Shown: positions 9,571 to 20,783, counted from the stretch's first letter. The stretch: DNA of 64,000 nucleotides from an uncultured Planctomycetota bacterium (GCA_963845755.1 CAWJTV010000034.1:320001-384000); one strand, 5' to 3'. Made by a program: numbers and translations. Notes: generated from the letters alone by a model not told the origin.

Positions 9571-10851
9571 ATGCGCGTGTTCGGCTTTCGATTGCCGTTC
9601 TTCGTCGCGGCGGTTTGGGTGAGTATAGGCTCGACGGTCTGGGCGCTCAGTTACGGGGCCAACCGGGTCGAGACGGTGTATACCTCTAGCCTCACTGTCC
9701 CCACGTCGTATGTGGTTTCCAGCTCGTGGGTGCAACCGGCCGCCTACGTGGTACCCCAGTATTATTCCACGGCATACCTGGCGGACCCGATCGCTGTGGT
9801 GCAACCGTCGTATGTCACCACGGCCTATGTCCGGCGAGGGCTCTTTGGCCGCCGTTGGCTGGTGGAACGGCCGCTTTATGCGCGTGATCTGGCGACCTCC
9901 TACTACGTCCCCACATCCTACTATCGGACGACCTCGTACATCCCGACCGTCTCGACCAATTCGGTGGTCTGGCCCAGTGAGTATGTTGGGTCGGCCGATT
10001 GTGTCTGTCCGGGGCTGGTGGCTTCGGCCGCATCGCCGGTCGTGAAAGCGCAGTCGAGCGCGACCGCACCCCGCACCGACGGCGGATCGCAGACCATCGA
10101 GAGCAAGCCGGCCGAGGAGCCGGCGATGGACTCGAATGTCGGGCCTGCCCCCGGGGTCACCGATAACACGCCACCGGCGCCTACCGCTGTCCGGCAGGAG
10201 ACCCAGCCCGGAGCGGAGCCGACAAGACCAGCCGCCGGGACTCCCACCGTCCAGCCGAACCCGAACTCGAGCACGACTTCGCCGGTTCGGCCGGCCCCGG
10301 CCGCCGGCTCACAAGGCGGTACGCCGAAGGGCCAATCCGGTGCGACGGAGGCACAGGGGAAAAATGCCACGGGCGCCGGAAGCCCGACCGGGACTTCGCA
10401 GGTTCCGACCTCGCCGTTGAATAACAATCTCGGTGTCCCGACAGCCCCGGATGGGGGTCCCCCGGTCACCCTACCGCCGGACCCCGGACCCTTGAACAAT
10501 ACACCGACCGGCGAAGGCCGGTACGAGGCGCGGAGGCCGGTCTTCTCGACCCCGGCCATCCGGCCTGAATTCCCCAACGTCCTCCAGGGATTTGTCCAGT
10601 CGAGGGCGGGCGGCCAGCGAGAAGAAGGGGTTCGCGTGAGCATCAGCGATCCCCTCAATCCAACACGCGAGAAGACCACCGTGACCGACGCGTTCGGCAG
10701 GTTCGCGATCAAGCTGACCGATGGAAATTGGACCGTGAACGTGACCATGCCCAGCGGTCGAGTCTACGCGGTCAGCCAGGTCCACGTCAGCAACGGACTG
10801 GTCAGCGATACCCAGGGACGCCGGGTCCCCAGGCTGGAGATCACACGCTGA
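9571..10851 (+). CDS. Secreted protein: Tyr/Val/Thr-rich N-region, Pro/Thr/Gly linker, C-terminal carboxypeptidase-regulatory-like beta-sandwich
   Basis: AAGGAG RBS, signal-peptide-like N-terminus, 'TTVTDAFGRFAIKLTDGNW'. Confidence 0.7.
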   Translation: MRVFGFRLPFFVAAVWVSIGSTVWALSYGANRVETVYTSSLTVPTSYVVSSSWVQPAAYVVPQYYSTAYLADPIAVVQPSYVTTAYVRRGLFGRRWLVERPLYARDLATSYYVPTSYYRTTSYIPTVSTNSVVWPSEYVGSADCVCPGLVASAASPVVKAQSSATAPRTDGGSQTIESKPAEEPAMDSNVGPAPGVTDNTPPAPTAVRQETQPGAEPTRPAAGTPTVQPNPNSSTTSPVRPAPAAGSQGGTPKGQSGATEAQGKNATGAGSPTGTSQVPTSPLNNNLGVPTAPDGGPPVTLPPDPGPLNNTPTGEGRYEARRPVFSTPAIRPEFPNVLQGFVQSRAGGQREEGVRVSISDPLNPTREKTTVTDAFGRFAIKLTDGNWTVNVTMPSGRVYAVSQVHVSNGLVSDTQGRRVPRLEITR

Positions 10852-10994
10852 TTCTCCCGTAGGCTCCCGCGCGGCGTCAGGTCGTGACGGCTCGCATCCC
10901 GCTCGTCTGGTCGGTCGGTCGGGGTCGAGCCGTCGTCACGAGATCGGTTGACAATCCGTTGCCTGGACTTCCGGGCAGAACAGGAGTCTTACCG

Positions 10995-11252
10995 ATGGAC
11001 GAGGTCCGCGAAATCCGACTATGTGACGTCTCCAACGAACTCGAAGCCGCCATGGTGGTCAACTTGCTCAACGAGGACAAGATCCCCGCCCGGAGCGACG
11101 CCAACCAGGCCATGAACATCTTCGGCGGGCTCCCCTTCGAGCCCGGCCACACCATCTTCGTCCCGGCATCGATGGCGCACAAGGCGCGTGAGATCCTCAG
11201 CCGCTATCCTCACTTCCACAATCTTCGAAACGTCCACGAGCCGGGGCATTGA
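10995..11252 (+). CDS. DUF2007 (putative signal-transducing) small protein
   Basis: AGGAG RBS; 'NELEAAMVVNLLNEDKIPA...IFVP....KAREIL'. Confidence 0.7.
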   Translation: MDEVREIRLCDVSNELEAAMVVNLLNEDKIPARSDANQAMNIFGGLPFEPGHTIFVPASMAHKAREILSRYPHFHNLRNVHEPGH

Positions 11253-11258
11253 GACGAT

Positions 11259-12441
11259 TTGACCACGACGAACCAAGCCCCCTCCGCGGAACGGCCGGTG
11301 CGGGTCTGTTATGTGGTGAGCTACTTCCATCCGTTCGCCAGCGGCGCGGAAGGACAGGCGCTGGCCCAGGGCCTGGAGCTGGCGCGGCGCGGTCATGAAG
11401 TCCATGTGGTGACCCGGGCCGTGCCGGGCTATCCGATCGATGATGAGGACTATCACGGGGTTTTCATCCACCGCTGGATCCGAACGGCGGCGGCTGGGCC
11501 CCTGTTCGGATTGAGCTTCGTAGCGGGCGTGATCTCGGCGCCGCGGCGCCTTCGTGCCGAGGTTGACGTGATCCACACCCATCAGGGGCTCTGGGAGGCG
11601 GTGGCGACCGGCCTGGCGCATCCGCTGCTCCTCGGCAGGCCAACCCTGGTACAACCGGCCAGCTCGGGGTACTACGGGGAGGCCGACGAGCTTCGCCGCA
11701 CGCGCGGGGCCGGGATTCTCCGTCGCGCCATCCTGGCCAACACGGCGTTCGCGGCGATCTCCGTCGAGATCGAGCACCAGTGGCGTGCGCTGGGTGTCGC
11801 GGACCGGCGGATGACCCGGATGGTCAGCGGGGTTGACGCCGAGCATTTCCGCCCGGGGACCAGTTCGGTCGAGGCCGGCTTGCTGCCGCGCCCCCGCGAT
11901 CTTTACCGGAAGGCTCCATCCCCAGAAGAATCTGCCGCTCTTGCTCGAGGCCTGGACCGAAGTCGCTCGGCGCACGCCGGCCAACCTCATCCTGGTGGGG
12001 CCTGGCAACGATCGGCAGCACCTGGCCGAACTGGCCGGGTCGCTGGGCATTGCCGACCGGGTCCAGTTCACCGGCGCCGTCGATGACCCGGCCGATTACC
12101 TCCGCGCGGGGGATGTCTTCGTCCTCCCGAGCGTGGCGGAGGGCATGAGCAATTCGCTCCTCGAAGCGATGGCCACGGCTCTGCCTTGCGTCGTTTCGGG
12201 GATTGCCGGCAACACGGACCTCATCGCCGACTCCAAGGCCGGACGACTCGTCCAGAAGCCCACCGCGTCGGAATGGTTGACCATCCTCCTGGAGCTACTC
12301 GATAACCCGGACGAGGCCCGCCGGCTCGGAATCGCCGCCCGCAGACGGATCGAGGAGGAGTTCGCCCTTCCCGTCGTGGTTGACCGCTACCTGGACCTCT
12401 ACCGGCGAATGATCGCCGGCACGTGGCCCGCGGCAGCATGA
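11259..12441 (+). CDS. Glycosyltransferase family 4, frameshift at ~11890
   Basis: 'SGAEGQA', 'GRLHPQKN' and 'VLPSVAEGMSNSLLEAMA' (Ex7E). Confidence 0.9.
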
Positions 12442-12509
12442 GGTGAGGATGGATCAAGAGACATCCCGAACCGGGAATCCCTCATTCCGAATCCGTTCGT
12501 TTACGACGC

Positions 12510-13649
12510 TCACTCGACCGATGAGCCGACCGGCTCGATCGTTTCGACGAGGTTGTCGATCTTGCGGTTCTTCGGCTGGTACTTGAGCAGCGTCATCCCC
12601 ATCTTGAACTTGTCTTTCAAGGTCTTCTGGGAGAGGCACGTGTAGAGGCAAAGCCGATCGCATTCGACGGTCTGGCGACGGATTTCCTGGGCCTTGGGGC
12701 CATACCAGATCTCGCGTGCCGAGTTCTCCTTGATGTTGCCGATCGGCGGGTAAAAGAAGCAGACCTCGATGTCGCCGTTGGTCCGGATGAAGAAGTCGCG
12801 CATGCCGACTCGGCATGGCATCACATCCTTCGGGCGCTCTCCTCGCGGAAGTGCGGCACCAGGAGGGAGATGAGCAACTCCGAGTTGATGATCGGCTCGC
12901 CCTGCCGTTTCATGGCGAGCAACGTGTTGACGACCTTCTGAAGCTCATCGTGTTCGTCCGCTTCGATCCAAAGTTCGTCGTAGGTCTCCGGCGTCCAGCG
13001 GTCCATCGGTTGAAAGTTCATGCCCGTGGCGCCGATCTCCTTGGCCCACCGGACCATGTCCGGCAAGTACTGATAGTTCTTCTTGCCGACCGTCGGCTTG
13101 ACGAGGATCGGGAAATCGATCCCCTGTTTGCCCTGCTCTTCCCGGACGTACTTGATGCCGTCGCTGAGCTTCTGGAACAAGCCGGGCCATCCGCGCAGGT
13201 AGTCGTGCAACTCGGCGAACGGCGCGTTGACCGACACGTTGAGACTCCACGGACGCGATGCGACGTAGTGCGCGGCATTTTTCTTGTTCAGCGCCGAGCC
13301 GTTGGTCGTCACTCCCGCGTGAATCCCATTCCGATGGCAGAACTCGATCAGGTCGAGGAATCCCGGCTTGATGAACGGCTCGCCGCCGCTGAAGCTGATC
13401 GAGAAAGTTCCCACGAATTCTTTGACGCTCAACAGCGCCTTCTGCCACTCCTCGATCGACATCTCGTCCTTGTACTTCGGCAGCCGCCAGTACTCGCAGT
13501 AGCGGCACTTGACGTTGCACCGCTCGTTCACGAGCCCGTAGAACGTGATCGGTCTCGTGATGTCCTTGCCGGAATGGATGTAAAGTTCTTCTGCGAAGTG
13601 ATTATAAGTATGTTTGATGCGCCAGTTGGGCGAGTGTGGCGACTTTCAT
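12510..13649 (-). CDS. Radical SAM protein with SPASM/twitch-like C-terminal domain, frameshifts at ~13620 and ~12830
   Basis: CxxxCxxC 'CNVKCRYC', 'SGGEPF', 'TTNG'; C-terminal 'C...NGDIEVC...IGNI...CDRLCLYTC'; GGAG RBS before ATG 13649. Confidence 0.88.
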
Positions 13650-14016
13650 GGAGGGTCTCCGGTGTAGAAGCGAAGGAATTCGAGCAAATCGACAGGTGTT
13701 CACACAATGGGTATGTTCAAACCATTTGATATAACGTGCCGACGTTTCCCGGGTATCTTCACAATGTCACACGCTAAATCGTGGTTTGTCGCCCCCGGTT
13801 TGTCAAGAGACGGGCGTATTTTCCACCCGGTCGAGTATTCGGGACGCCCTGGCCGCAAGACTCGGACGATCCGGGCCGACTCGCGCGGAATCCCGCTCGA
13901 GGGACGCGGTCGACTGCGACCCGATCGCAGGCGCGTCGAGTCCGGGCGATCCCCCGACCATCGCGATGACTGGGAGGGCTTCCTCGTGGCGGACGAGGAT
14001 GTTTCGCGACGTAGGA

Positions 14017-15079
14017 TCATGCGCTGGCCCCGAGTCGCCGGCGAATGGTCGCGGCATCCACGGGGCGGATGACTCCTTTCTCGGTGATGATGCCGGCGAT
14101 CAGTTCCGCGGGGGTGACGTCGAAGGCGGGGTTGTAGACTTCAACGTCGTCGGGCGCGGTCTGACGCCCGAAACCGTGGGTGACTTCGCGCGGGTCGCGT
14201 TGTTCGATCGGAATGGCCGAACCGTCGGGGATGGACAGGTCGAAGGTGCTCGATGGGGCGGCGACGTAGAAAGGGATGGCGTGGGCGCGGGCCAGGACCG
14301 CGACTCCGTAGGTGCCGATCTTGTTGGCCGTATCGCCGTTGGCGGCGATCCGATCGGCCCCGACGACCACCATCTGGATCTTCCCCTCCCGCATGACCTG
14401 TGCGGCCATGTTGTCGCAGATCAAGGTGACCGGAATGCCGCGCCGTTTCAGCTCCCAGGCGGTGAGCCGGGCGCCCTGGAGGAGTGGCCGGGTTTCATCG
14501 GCGTAGACACGCACGTGAGTCCCTTGCTCGTGGGCCGAGAAGATGACCGCGAGGGCCGTCCCATACTCGGACGTCGCCAGGCCGCCGGCATTGCAGTGGG
14601 TCAGGATTCCCTGGCCCGATTCGATCAGGCCCGCGCCGTGACGGCCGATTGCCCGGCACATGAGGCGGTCTTCCTCATCGATCTGTCGCGCCTCGGCGAG
14701 CAGCCGCTCCAGTAAGGCCCGGCCGCTACTTTCGCCCGCGGCCGCGGCGTTCATGCGATCCAGGGCCCAGAAGAGATTGACGGCCGTCGGCCGACTGGTG
14801 CGAAGGTTCTCCGTTGCCTCCTCGACGCGCACTTCGCACCGACTCCGCGGCGTCCCAGCCCCTCGACTTGGCCCCGATCACGGCCCCGTAGGCCGCCGCC
14901 ACGCCGATCGCCGGCGCCCCGCGGACCCGCAACGACTTGATCGCCTCCCAGACGGTCTCGACATCGTGACAGTCCATCTCGACGTACTCGGTCGGCAACC
15001 GTGTCTGGTCGATTAGCCGGAGGAAACCCGAGGTGGCATCCCCGATCCATCGGACCGTCTGAAGCTGGTTCTCGATCAT
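14017..15079 (-). CDS. mtnA: S-methyl-5-thioribose-1-phosphate isomerase, frameshift at ~14830
   Basis: 'LIDQTRLP', 'VRGAPAIG', 'RPTAVNL', '[11 protein letters not shown]', '[16 protein letters not shown]' and 'NKIGTY'. Confidence 0.95.
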
Positions 15080-15513
15080 GAGTTCCTGGTCCTGGATTCG
15101 ATGCTGTCGAGCCCGTGCCGGCGCTCTCGGCTTGGTCCTGTCACTGCCCCTCCTGTCCCCGTAAAGTTGTCGGCTGACCTCTCAAACGAGCGACACTCAT
15201 CCCGCCGATAAGTCGAAGTCCCGCCCCGGGGAGTTGAGGCGTGGAACTCGGAAAAACGAGTCTCAGGTCGAGTCTCGTTTCGGTGGCGGCCCGCCTGGAG
15301 CCAGATCCTCGACGGCATTCCCGCTATTTTCCGCAGAAAGAACGGCCGGAAGTTCACTCCACGACCGGATCGATCGGCCCATGTGCCGCGAACGATCGAG
15401 TCATAGCTAGTCTAGCGTCTTTCGGCCGGCGGATTCGAGCCTGTTGCCGAGAATCAACACGGGTGTCTCGGCTCAACTCGATCCGATCACGACGGGAGGG
15501 CGACGCGGTCGGA

Positions 15514-15864
15514 TCAGGATTCCTCAGGATTGCGAAGGATCCGCCCCCCGGCGAAAGCGATCTCGGTGACGATCCAGCGTCCGGGTCCCTCATCGACGAC
15601 TTCGGCCTGAAATCCTTTGCCTTGAATCTGTTCCGGATCGAGATCCTGGTCCGTGAGCAGGAGCGTATAGGGGACGATCAGGAGCCGGGGCTGACCGGCT
15701 CCGACACCCTGAACTCGCAGCTGCATCTCGATCAGATCGCTCCCAGGCGGATTCTCTTCGAGCATTGCAGTTCGCACGATCCCTCGAATCCGCATGGCAT
15801 TCTCCGGCAAGATCCGATCGACCCGCATGAACCGCGCATTGAAAGTGAAAAGACGAGGATGCAT
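15514..15864 (-). CDS. Hypothetical protein (start uncertain, possibly 'MRIRG')
   Basis: Globular-looking 'IEMQLRVQGVGAGQPRLLIVPY...GRWIVTEIAFA'; no family recognised. Confidence 0.55.
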   Translation of the reverse strand: MHPRLFTFNARFMRVDRILPENAMRIRGIVRTAMLEENPPGSDLIEMQLRVQGVGAGQPRLLIVPYTLLLTDQDLDPEQIQGKGFQAEVVDEGPGRWIVTEIAFAGGRILRNPEES

Positions 15865-15929
15865 CACTCGACGATGGGGGAACACAGCCTACAATGAATG
15901 AGTAGTAGGGCTCTTGTCAAGCAAGAGCA

Positions 15930-15945
15930 CGGCATGGTTTTTGCG
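15930..15945 (+). promoter_or_regulatory. Putative sigma-54 (-24/-12) promoter of the lipase gene
   Basis: CGGCATGGTTTTTGCG = GG-N10-GC, about 30 bp before the ORF; preceded by inverted repeat GCTCTTG-N5-CAAGAGC (15910-15928). Confidence 0.5.
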
Positions 15946-15977
15946 ATCTTTCAAATCGTTGAGGGATCGCGATTGTT

Positions 15978-16880
15978 GTGATCCGTGAAGTCAGATTGCA
16001 GACGCCTTCTGAGATGTTACACCTAGCGACATTTGCGCGTCTTGACGCTCCGATCGTCTTGGCCCATGGGCTGGGCGGATACGCCCGGATCGGGGTGGGC
16101 CGGTGGACGTTCGCGACCTATTTTCGGGGGATTCCCGAGGCCATGCGGGCGTCGGGTAACCGGGTGTTGGTCACCCGCGTGCCCCCGATCGCCGGCGTCG
16201 AGATGCGGTCACGCCGGTTGGGAGAGCAGATCAAGCGCGTTTTCGGCGACGAGCCAGTTCACCTGATCGGCCACAGCATGGGTGGTCTCGACGCGCGGCG
16301 GCTGGTGGCGGATCCCGCATGGCAGAAGCGGGTCTTGAGCCTGACGACAATCGGGACGCCGCATCTGGGAAGCTCCCTGGCCGACTTCGCCAAGCTCCGC
16401 GTCGGCCGGATCTACGATCTACTGGCCGCCATGGGGATCGATCCCCAAGGGTGCCTCGATGTCACGCGTGGCATGGCGCGCCGTTTCCACGATAAGAATC
16501 CGATGCCCACCGGGTTCCCGTGTTTCTGCGTTGCGGGGGATCCGACGGTGGATGCAGTCTGCTGGCCACTGCGGCGCCTCCATGCCGTTCTCGGGGAGAT
16601 GGAAGGTCCCAATGACGGCCTGGTCTCAGTCGAGTCGGCCACTGCATTTGGTATCCCCCTCCCCGCATGGCCCGCCGACCACCTCCGGCAGTTGAACTGG
16701 CTGGCTTACGATCATTCGCCTGGCGTCGAGCCGTTGGAGCTCTACGCCCAGGTCGTCGCTCATCTCGCCTCCCTCGGTTTCGGCACGATTCCCGAACTCG
16801 AGAGCATCAATGGCACGCCACAAACCACCCTCCTGGTGCCGAGCCCATCGATTTCCAGGCCGACTTCGAAGGCGGGTTGA
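15978..16880 (+). CDS. Triacylglycerol lipase / alpha-beta hydrolase
   Basis: 'PIVLAHGL', GHSMG nucleophile elbow, 'GTPHLGS', 'NDGLV' and 'DH'. Confidence 0.9.
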   Translation: MIREVRLQTPSEMLHLATFARLDAPIVLAHGLGGYARIGVGRWTFATYFRGIPEAMRASGNRVLVTRVPPIAGVEMRSRRLGEQIKRVFGDEPVHLIGHSMGGLDARRLVADPAWQKRVLSLTTIGTPHLGSSLADFAKLRVGRIYDLLAAMGIDPQGCLDVTRGMARRFHDKNPMPTGFPCFCVAGDPTVDAVCWPLRRLHAVLGEMEGPNDGLVSVESATAFGIPLPAWPADHLRQLNWLAYDHSPGVEPLELYAQVVAHLASLGFGTIPELESINGTPQTTLLVPSPSISRPTSKAG

Positions 16881-16965
16881 CCTCGCCCCACTTGCCCGAT
16901 CCGGACTCGCGCGGTCTACTCAGGGTGCACTTGACACCCCGACCCAGGTTCGGAGTCGCTAAGCC

Positions 16966-18492
16966 ATGCCCGCCGAACGCGATTGGTCCCGTCGTGAGGT
17001 CCTCAAGGTGGCCGCCACGGCAGGCCTGGCACCTGCCCTGAGCCAAAATGTCGCACGACCCGAGAGGGTGACCACCTCCGATCCCGAGCGGATCCGTCGC
17101 GAGAACGAGCACGCCGGCACGCGCGACTGGATGACGACGAACGTCCGGGTCGACCCCAAGACCCGGTATCGGAGCCCCTGGATCGAGGGCTATGCCTCGC
17201 GGACCAGTGTCCGGCCGGGTGAAACGATCGCGATCCATGTCAGCACGAATCCGCGGTCGCCGTTCAATCTTGAAATCTACCGGATGGGCTATTACCAGGG
17301 TCATGGCGGGCGGCTGATCCAGAAACTCGGGCCGTTCAAGGGCACGGTCCAGCCCGATCCGCCGATCGGCCCCAAGCGCTTGCGCGAATGTGCCTGGGAA
17401 CCGAGTACGACGATCACGATTCCCCCCGACTGGACCAGCGGCGTCTACCTGGGGAAGCTCACCGCGGAGCGCGAAGGGCTCCAGAGTTACGTCGTCTTCG
17501 TGGTCCGCGACGATCGCCGGGCCGACTTCCTGTTCCAGGTCTCGGACACGACCTGGAACGCGTACAACCGTTGGCCCAGCCAGTTCGCGCTCTACGACGA
17601 CGGCAAGAAGGAGTGGTACTGGGGACCGAACGTCCAGACGAGCTTCGACCGGCCTTACGGCAAGTATTGCCAGATCTTCGACGCACCCTTGTCGGTCGGC
17701 TCGGGCGAGTTCCTCCTCTGGGAATTCCCGCTGGCCTACTGGATGGAGCAGCACGGCTACGACCTGACCTACATCTCGAACCTCGACACCCACGCCGATC
17801 CGGACGGGTTGCTACGGGCCAAGGGCTGGCTGTCGGTCGGCCACGATGAATACTGGTCGCTGGCGATGTTCGACACGATGAAGCGGATGGTCGCCGCGGG
17901 GTTAAACCTGGCGTTCCTGTCGGGGAATAGCATCTGCGGCGTGATCGACATCCACGCCGCGAGCGACGGCCGACCCAACCGGATCATCGAGCGCGTGGGG
18001 CGGTATGGCTCGCCCCAGAAGGAAGAGTTGAAGGATTTTCCCGAAGAAGCGCTCTTCACCAAGAACGGCCCGAACGAAGCGACCTTGATGGGCGCCCAGA
18101 GCACGTACCCCGTGACCGGCGGCGGCGACTGGACTTGCCGCAAGCCGGACCACTGGCTCTTCGCCGGGTCCGGCATGAAGGAAGGCGACGGCATTCCGGG
18201 ACTCGTCGGCTGGGAGTGGCATGGCGCGCCGGCACCGATCCCGGGGCTGGAGATCGTCGCCAGCGGGATTGCGAAGAGCCCCCGTGGCCAGGGGACCTAC
18301 ACCGCGACCATCTACCCCGGCCCGAAAGGGAACTTCGTCTTCAATGCGGCGACGATCTGGTGGGCCGATGGCCTCTCGGAACCGCCGGGTTACGTGCGCC
18401 CGGCCGTCTATACCCGTCCCCAGGGTCCGGACCGGCGCGTCCAGCAGATCACCCGGAACTTGCTCGATCGAATGCGGGACATTAAGCTCTGA
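16966..18492 (+). CDS. Tat-exported N,N-dimethylformamidase beta-subunit family domain protein
   Basis: Tat signal 'SRREVLK'; 'IEGYASRTSV', 'TWNAYN', 'SFDRPY' and 'SVGHDEYWS'. Confidence 0.85.
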   Translation: MPAERDWSRREVLKVAATAGLAPALSQNVARPERVTTSDPERIRRENEHAGTRDWMTTNVRVDPKTRYRSPWIEGYASRTSVRPGETIAIHVSTNPRSPFNLEIYRMGYYQGHGGRLIQKLGPFKGTVQPDPPIGPKRLRECAWEPSTTITIPPDWTSGVYLGKLTAEREGLQSYVVFVVRDDRRADFLFQVSDTTWNAYNRWPSQFALYDDGKKEWYWGPNVQTSFDRPYGKYCQIFDAPLSVGSGEFLLWEFPLAYWMEQHGYDLTYISNLDTHADPDGLLRAKGWLSVGHDEYWSLAMFDTMKRMVAAGLNLAFLSGNSICGVIDIHAASDGRPNRIIERVGRYGSPQKEELKDFPEEALFTKNGPNEATLMGAQSTYPVTGGGDWTCRKPDHWLFAGSGMKEGDGIPGLVGWEWHGAPAPIPGLEIVASGIAKSPRGQGTYTATIYPGPKGNFVFNAATIWWADGLSEPPGYVRPAVYTRPQGPDRRVQQITRNLLDRMRDIKL

Positions 18493-18547
18493 AGGCTGCG
18501 GGCCCAGGGTCGGATTGACACATCGTTCAAAGCCAGAGGAGATATCG

Positions 18548-18997
18548 ATGCGACGGACACTGATCATCGCCCTCGCGCTGCTGGCCGGCTTCTCGGTCAA
18601 GAGCGGACCGGCACGCTCCGACGAACCGAAGAAGCCACAACCGGAGGCCGCGCTGGTCGGCACCTGGAAATTGGTCTCGGCGAAGTACGGCGAACAGGAA
18701 TTCAAGTTTCCGGAAGGAACCAGCATGGTCAAACACATCACCCCGACGCATTTCATGTGGGTGACCTACGACGAAGAGGGCAAGGTGGCGAGAGCCGCGG
18801 GAGGACCTTACACCCTCAAGGGGGAGGAATACGTAGAAACGCCCGAATACGGCATCAGCCAGGACTTCGACATCATCAAGGGGAAAGCGCAGGCATTCAA
18901 ATGCAAGGTCGACGGGAACAAGTGGCACCATGACGGCCAGCTCAGCAATGGCCTGAAGATCGAGGAGATCTGGGAACGCGTCGAGAAGAAGGAGTGA
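18548..18997 (+). CDS. Secreted lipocalin-like hypothetical protein
   Basis: GAGGAG RBS, signal peptide, 'LVGTWKLVS' and C-terminal 'EIWERV'. Confidence 0.7.
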   Translation: MRRTLIIALALLAGFSVKSGPARSDEPKKPQPEAALVGTWKLVSAKYGEQEFKFPEGTSMVKHITPTHFMWVTYDEEGKVARAAGGPYTLKGEEYVETPEYGISQDFDIIKGKAQAFKCKVDGNKWHHDGQLSNGLKIEEIWERVEKKE

Positions 18998-19080
18998 ACC
19001 GGAAAGCCTGCCGGTTGCCCTCATGACCAACGAACATCTCCTTGATGCAAGCAATCGAGGGAATTCACCGGCCCTGGCGA

Positions 19081-19894
19081 TCACTTCGAAATCCAGGGCC
19101 TGATCGGCCGTGATCCCCTCACCTCCGGCGATGGTGCACAAGGCCCGCAGATTCTCTGGCGTGATCGATTGGCGGGCGAATGGCGTGCTCCCGTCGGCGA
19201 GGCCGAGATTGGCGCCGCCGGGGTGCTTGCTAGAAATCCCCGGGCGTTGCGGGTCGTTCACCCGGAGGCTCATCGTGAGCACGTCGAGGTCCCGAGGGGC
19301 CGTCCAGGGGATCCTCACATTCGCGACCTCGCCTACGATCAGGGTGTTGGATGTCCCGTCCGTGATGTCTTCGATCCGGGTAGACCGCTGAGCCGGGAAG
19401 ATCGTGCCCGGGCCGGTCACGGCCACGTAGCTGGTCAGGGTCGTGGTGGAGTCATGCCAGCTCGGACAGACATAGATGGTCGGGATGCGGTTGAGGAGCT
19501 TGATGTTATTGGGGCCGTCCCAGGGCTCGTTGAAGTTGTACTGGTTGTAGAGATCCGATCGTTCCAGCCAGGGCAGGATCAGCACGCGCAACTATGCATC
19601 GGCTTGCCGCTCGCGTCGGCGATGTAGGCCGGCGGGAAAGACCCGTACGTCGAATGGTAGTTGTCGAGGGCCAGCTTGATCCCGCAGAAGTTGCAGGTGC
19701 ACTGGGATCGCCGCGCGGCCTCCCGGGCGCTCCGGACCGCCGGCACAACCAGGGCGGCACAAGACAGCCACGCAAGAGAGAGCGATGGCGATCTCGAAGA
19801 CCCTGGTGCGGCTGATCCATTGTCGCCGACCCCGACCGTCCGTTTTCGTGAGGGCCGAAGGCACATCGCCTTCAAAGTCCGGGTCCAGGTTCAT
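19081..19894 (-). CDS. DUF1559 domain protein, several frameshifts, 3' end approximate
   Basis: '[18 protein letters not shown]', 'PPAYIAD..GKPMHS(W)RVLILP', '[10 protein letters not shown]', 'DGTSNT' and H-X9-DG '[12 protein letters not shown]', spread across frames. Confidence 0.8.
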
Positions 19895-19926
19895 GATCGG
19901 GCCTCCGTCGGATGATCAACCGATTC

Positions 19927-20724
19927 TCAGCGTGACGGCGCCGGCGGCGTGTCGATCACCTTGGCGCCGAACGAGTGAGGATCACTCGGCAGCGGCTCGC
20001 CGTCGGCGATCGTCAGCATCGCCCGAAGCGTCGCCGGCGAAAGATGGTCAGGGAGTTCGAGGACATGCCCCGTTCCGAGCAGCGCCCGGGCGCCGCTGAT
20101 CTGACTCCCGGGTCCGCGCCCCGAACCGTCGTTGACGCCGAAGCTCATCCGGTCGAATTGCAGGTCTTCCGGCTTCATCCAGGGGATTCCCGCATCGGCC
20201 ATCTCGACCACCAGGACGGTCCGATTCGCGCCGTCGCGGAGATCCTGCTTCGATCGCGTCGCTGCTCCGGGCCAGGCCGTCTCGGGGCCGACCACCGCGA
20301 CGAATGTGGTCTGTTGCGACCCGCCCGCATCCAACCCTCGGCGACGATAATAGTCGCCGATCCGACCGGCGAGCTGGGCGTTGTGAGGACCATCCCAGGG
20401 CTCGTCGAACCGATAGGCTTTGTACAGCTCCGAGTAAGGATGAGGCGCGTTCTTCAAGATCAGCACCCTCCAGCTATGCCAGGGCGTGCCGTCGAGGCCG
20501 AGCACATAAGCGGGCGGGTAGCAACCCCATTCCGAGTGATAGCTGGCAACTGCCAGCCCGATCTGACTGAGGTTTCAGGTGATCCCTGCGCGTTGCGCCG
20601 ACTGCCGGGCCCCGCGCACGGCCGGCCAGAGCAAGACGCCGATCGTCGCGAGGCTCGCGGCCAGGATCAACGGAAATCGAAGCGATCGGTGGATACTCAT
20701 CGGTCTTCGGTGGCGAAAGGTCAT
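19927..20724 (-). CDS. DUF1559 domain protein with in-frame TGA at 20575-20577
   Basis: 'LWPAVRGARQSAQRAGIT*NLSQIGLAV...PPAYV..DGTPWHSWRVLIL...FDEPWDGPHN' lies in one continuous frame through the TGA; the H-X9-DG motif is degenerate. Confidence 0.75.
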
Positions 20725-20783
20725 GGTCTCTCGGGACGTGTGCGAGAGCAATCCCCCATTGGATTCTATGAGGATACCTGATC

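Noticed and set aside
18527..19080. Long C-terminal extension of DUF1559 overlapping the opposite gene
   Set aside because: Homology ends near 19090; readthrough is best explained by an indel error.
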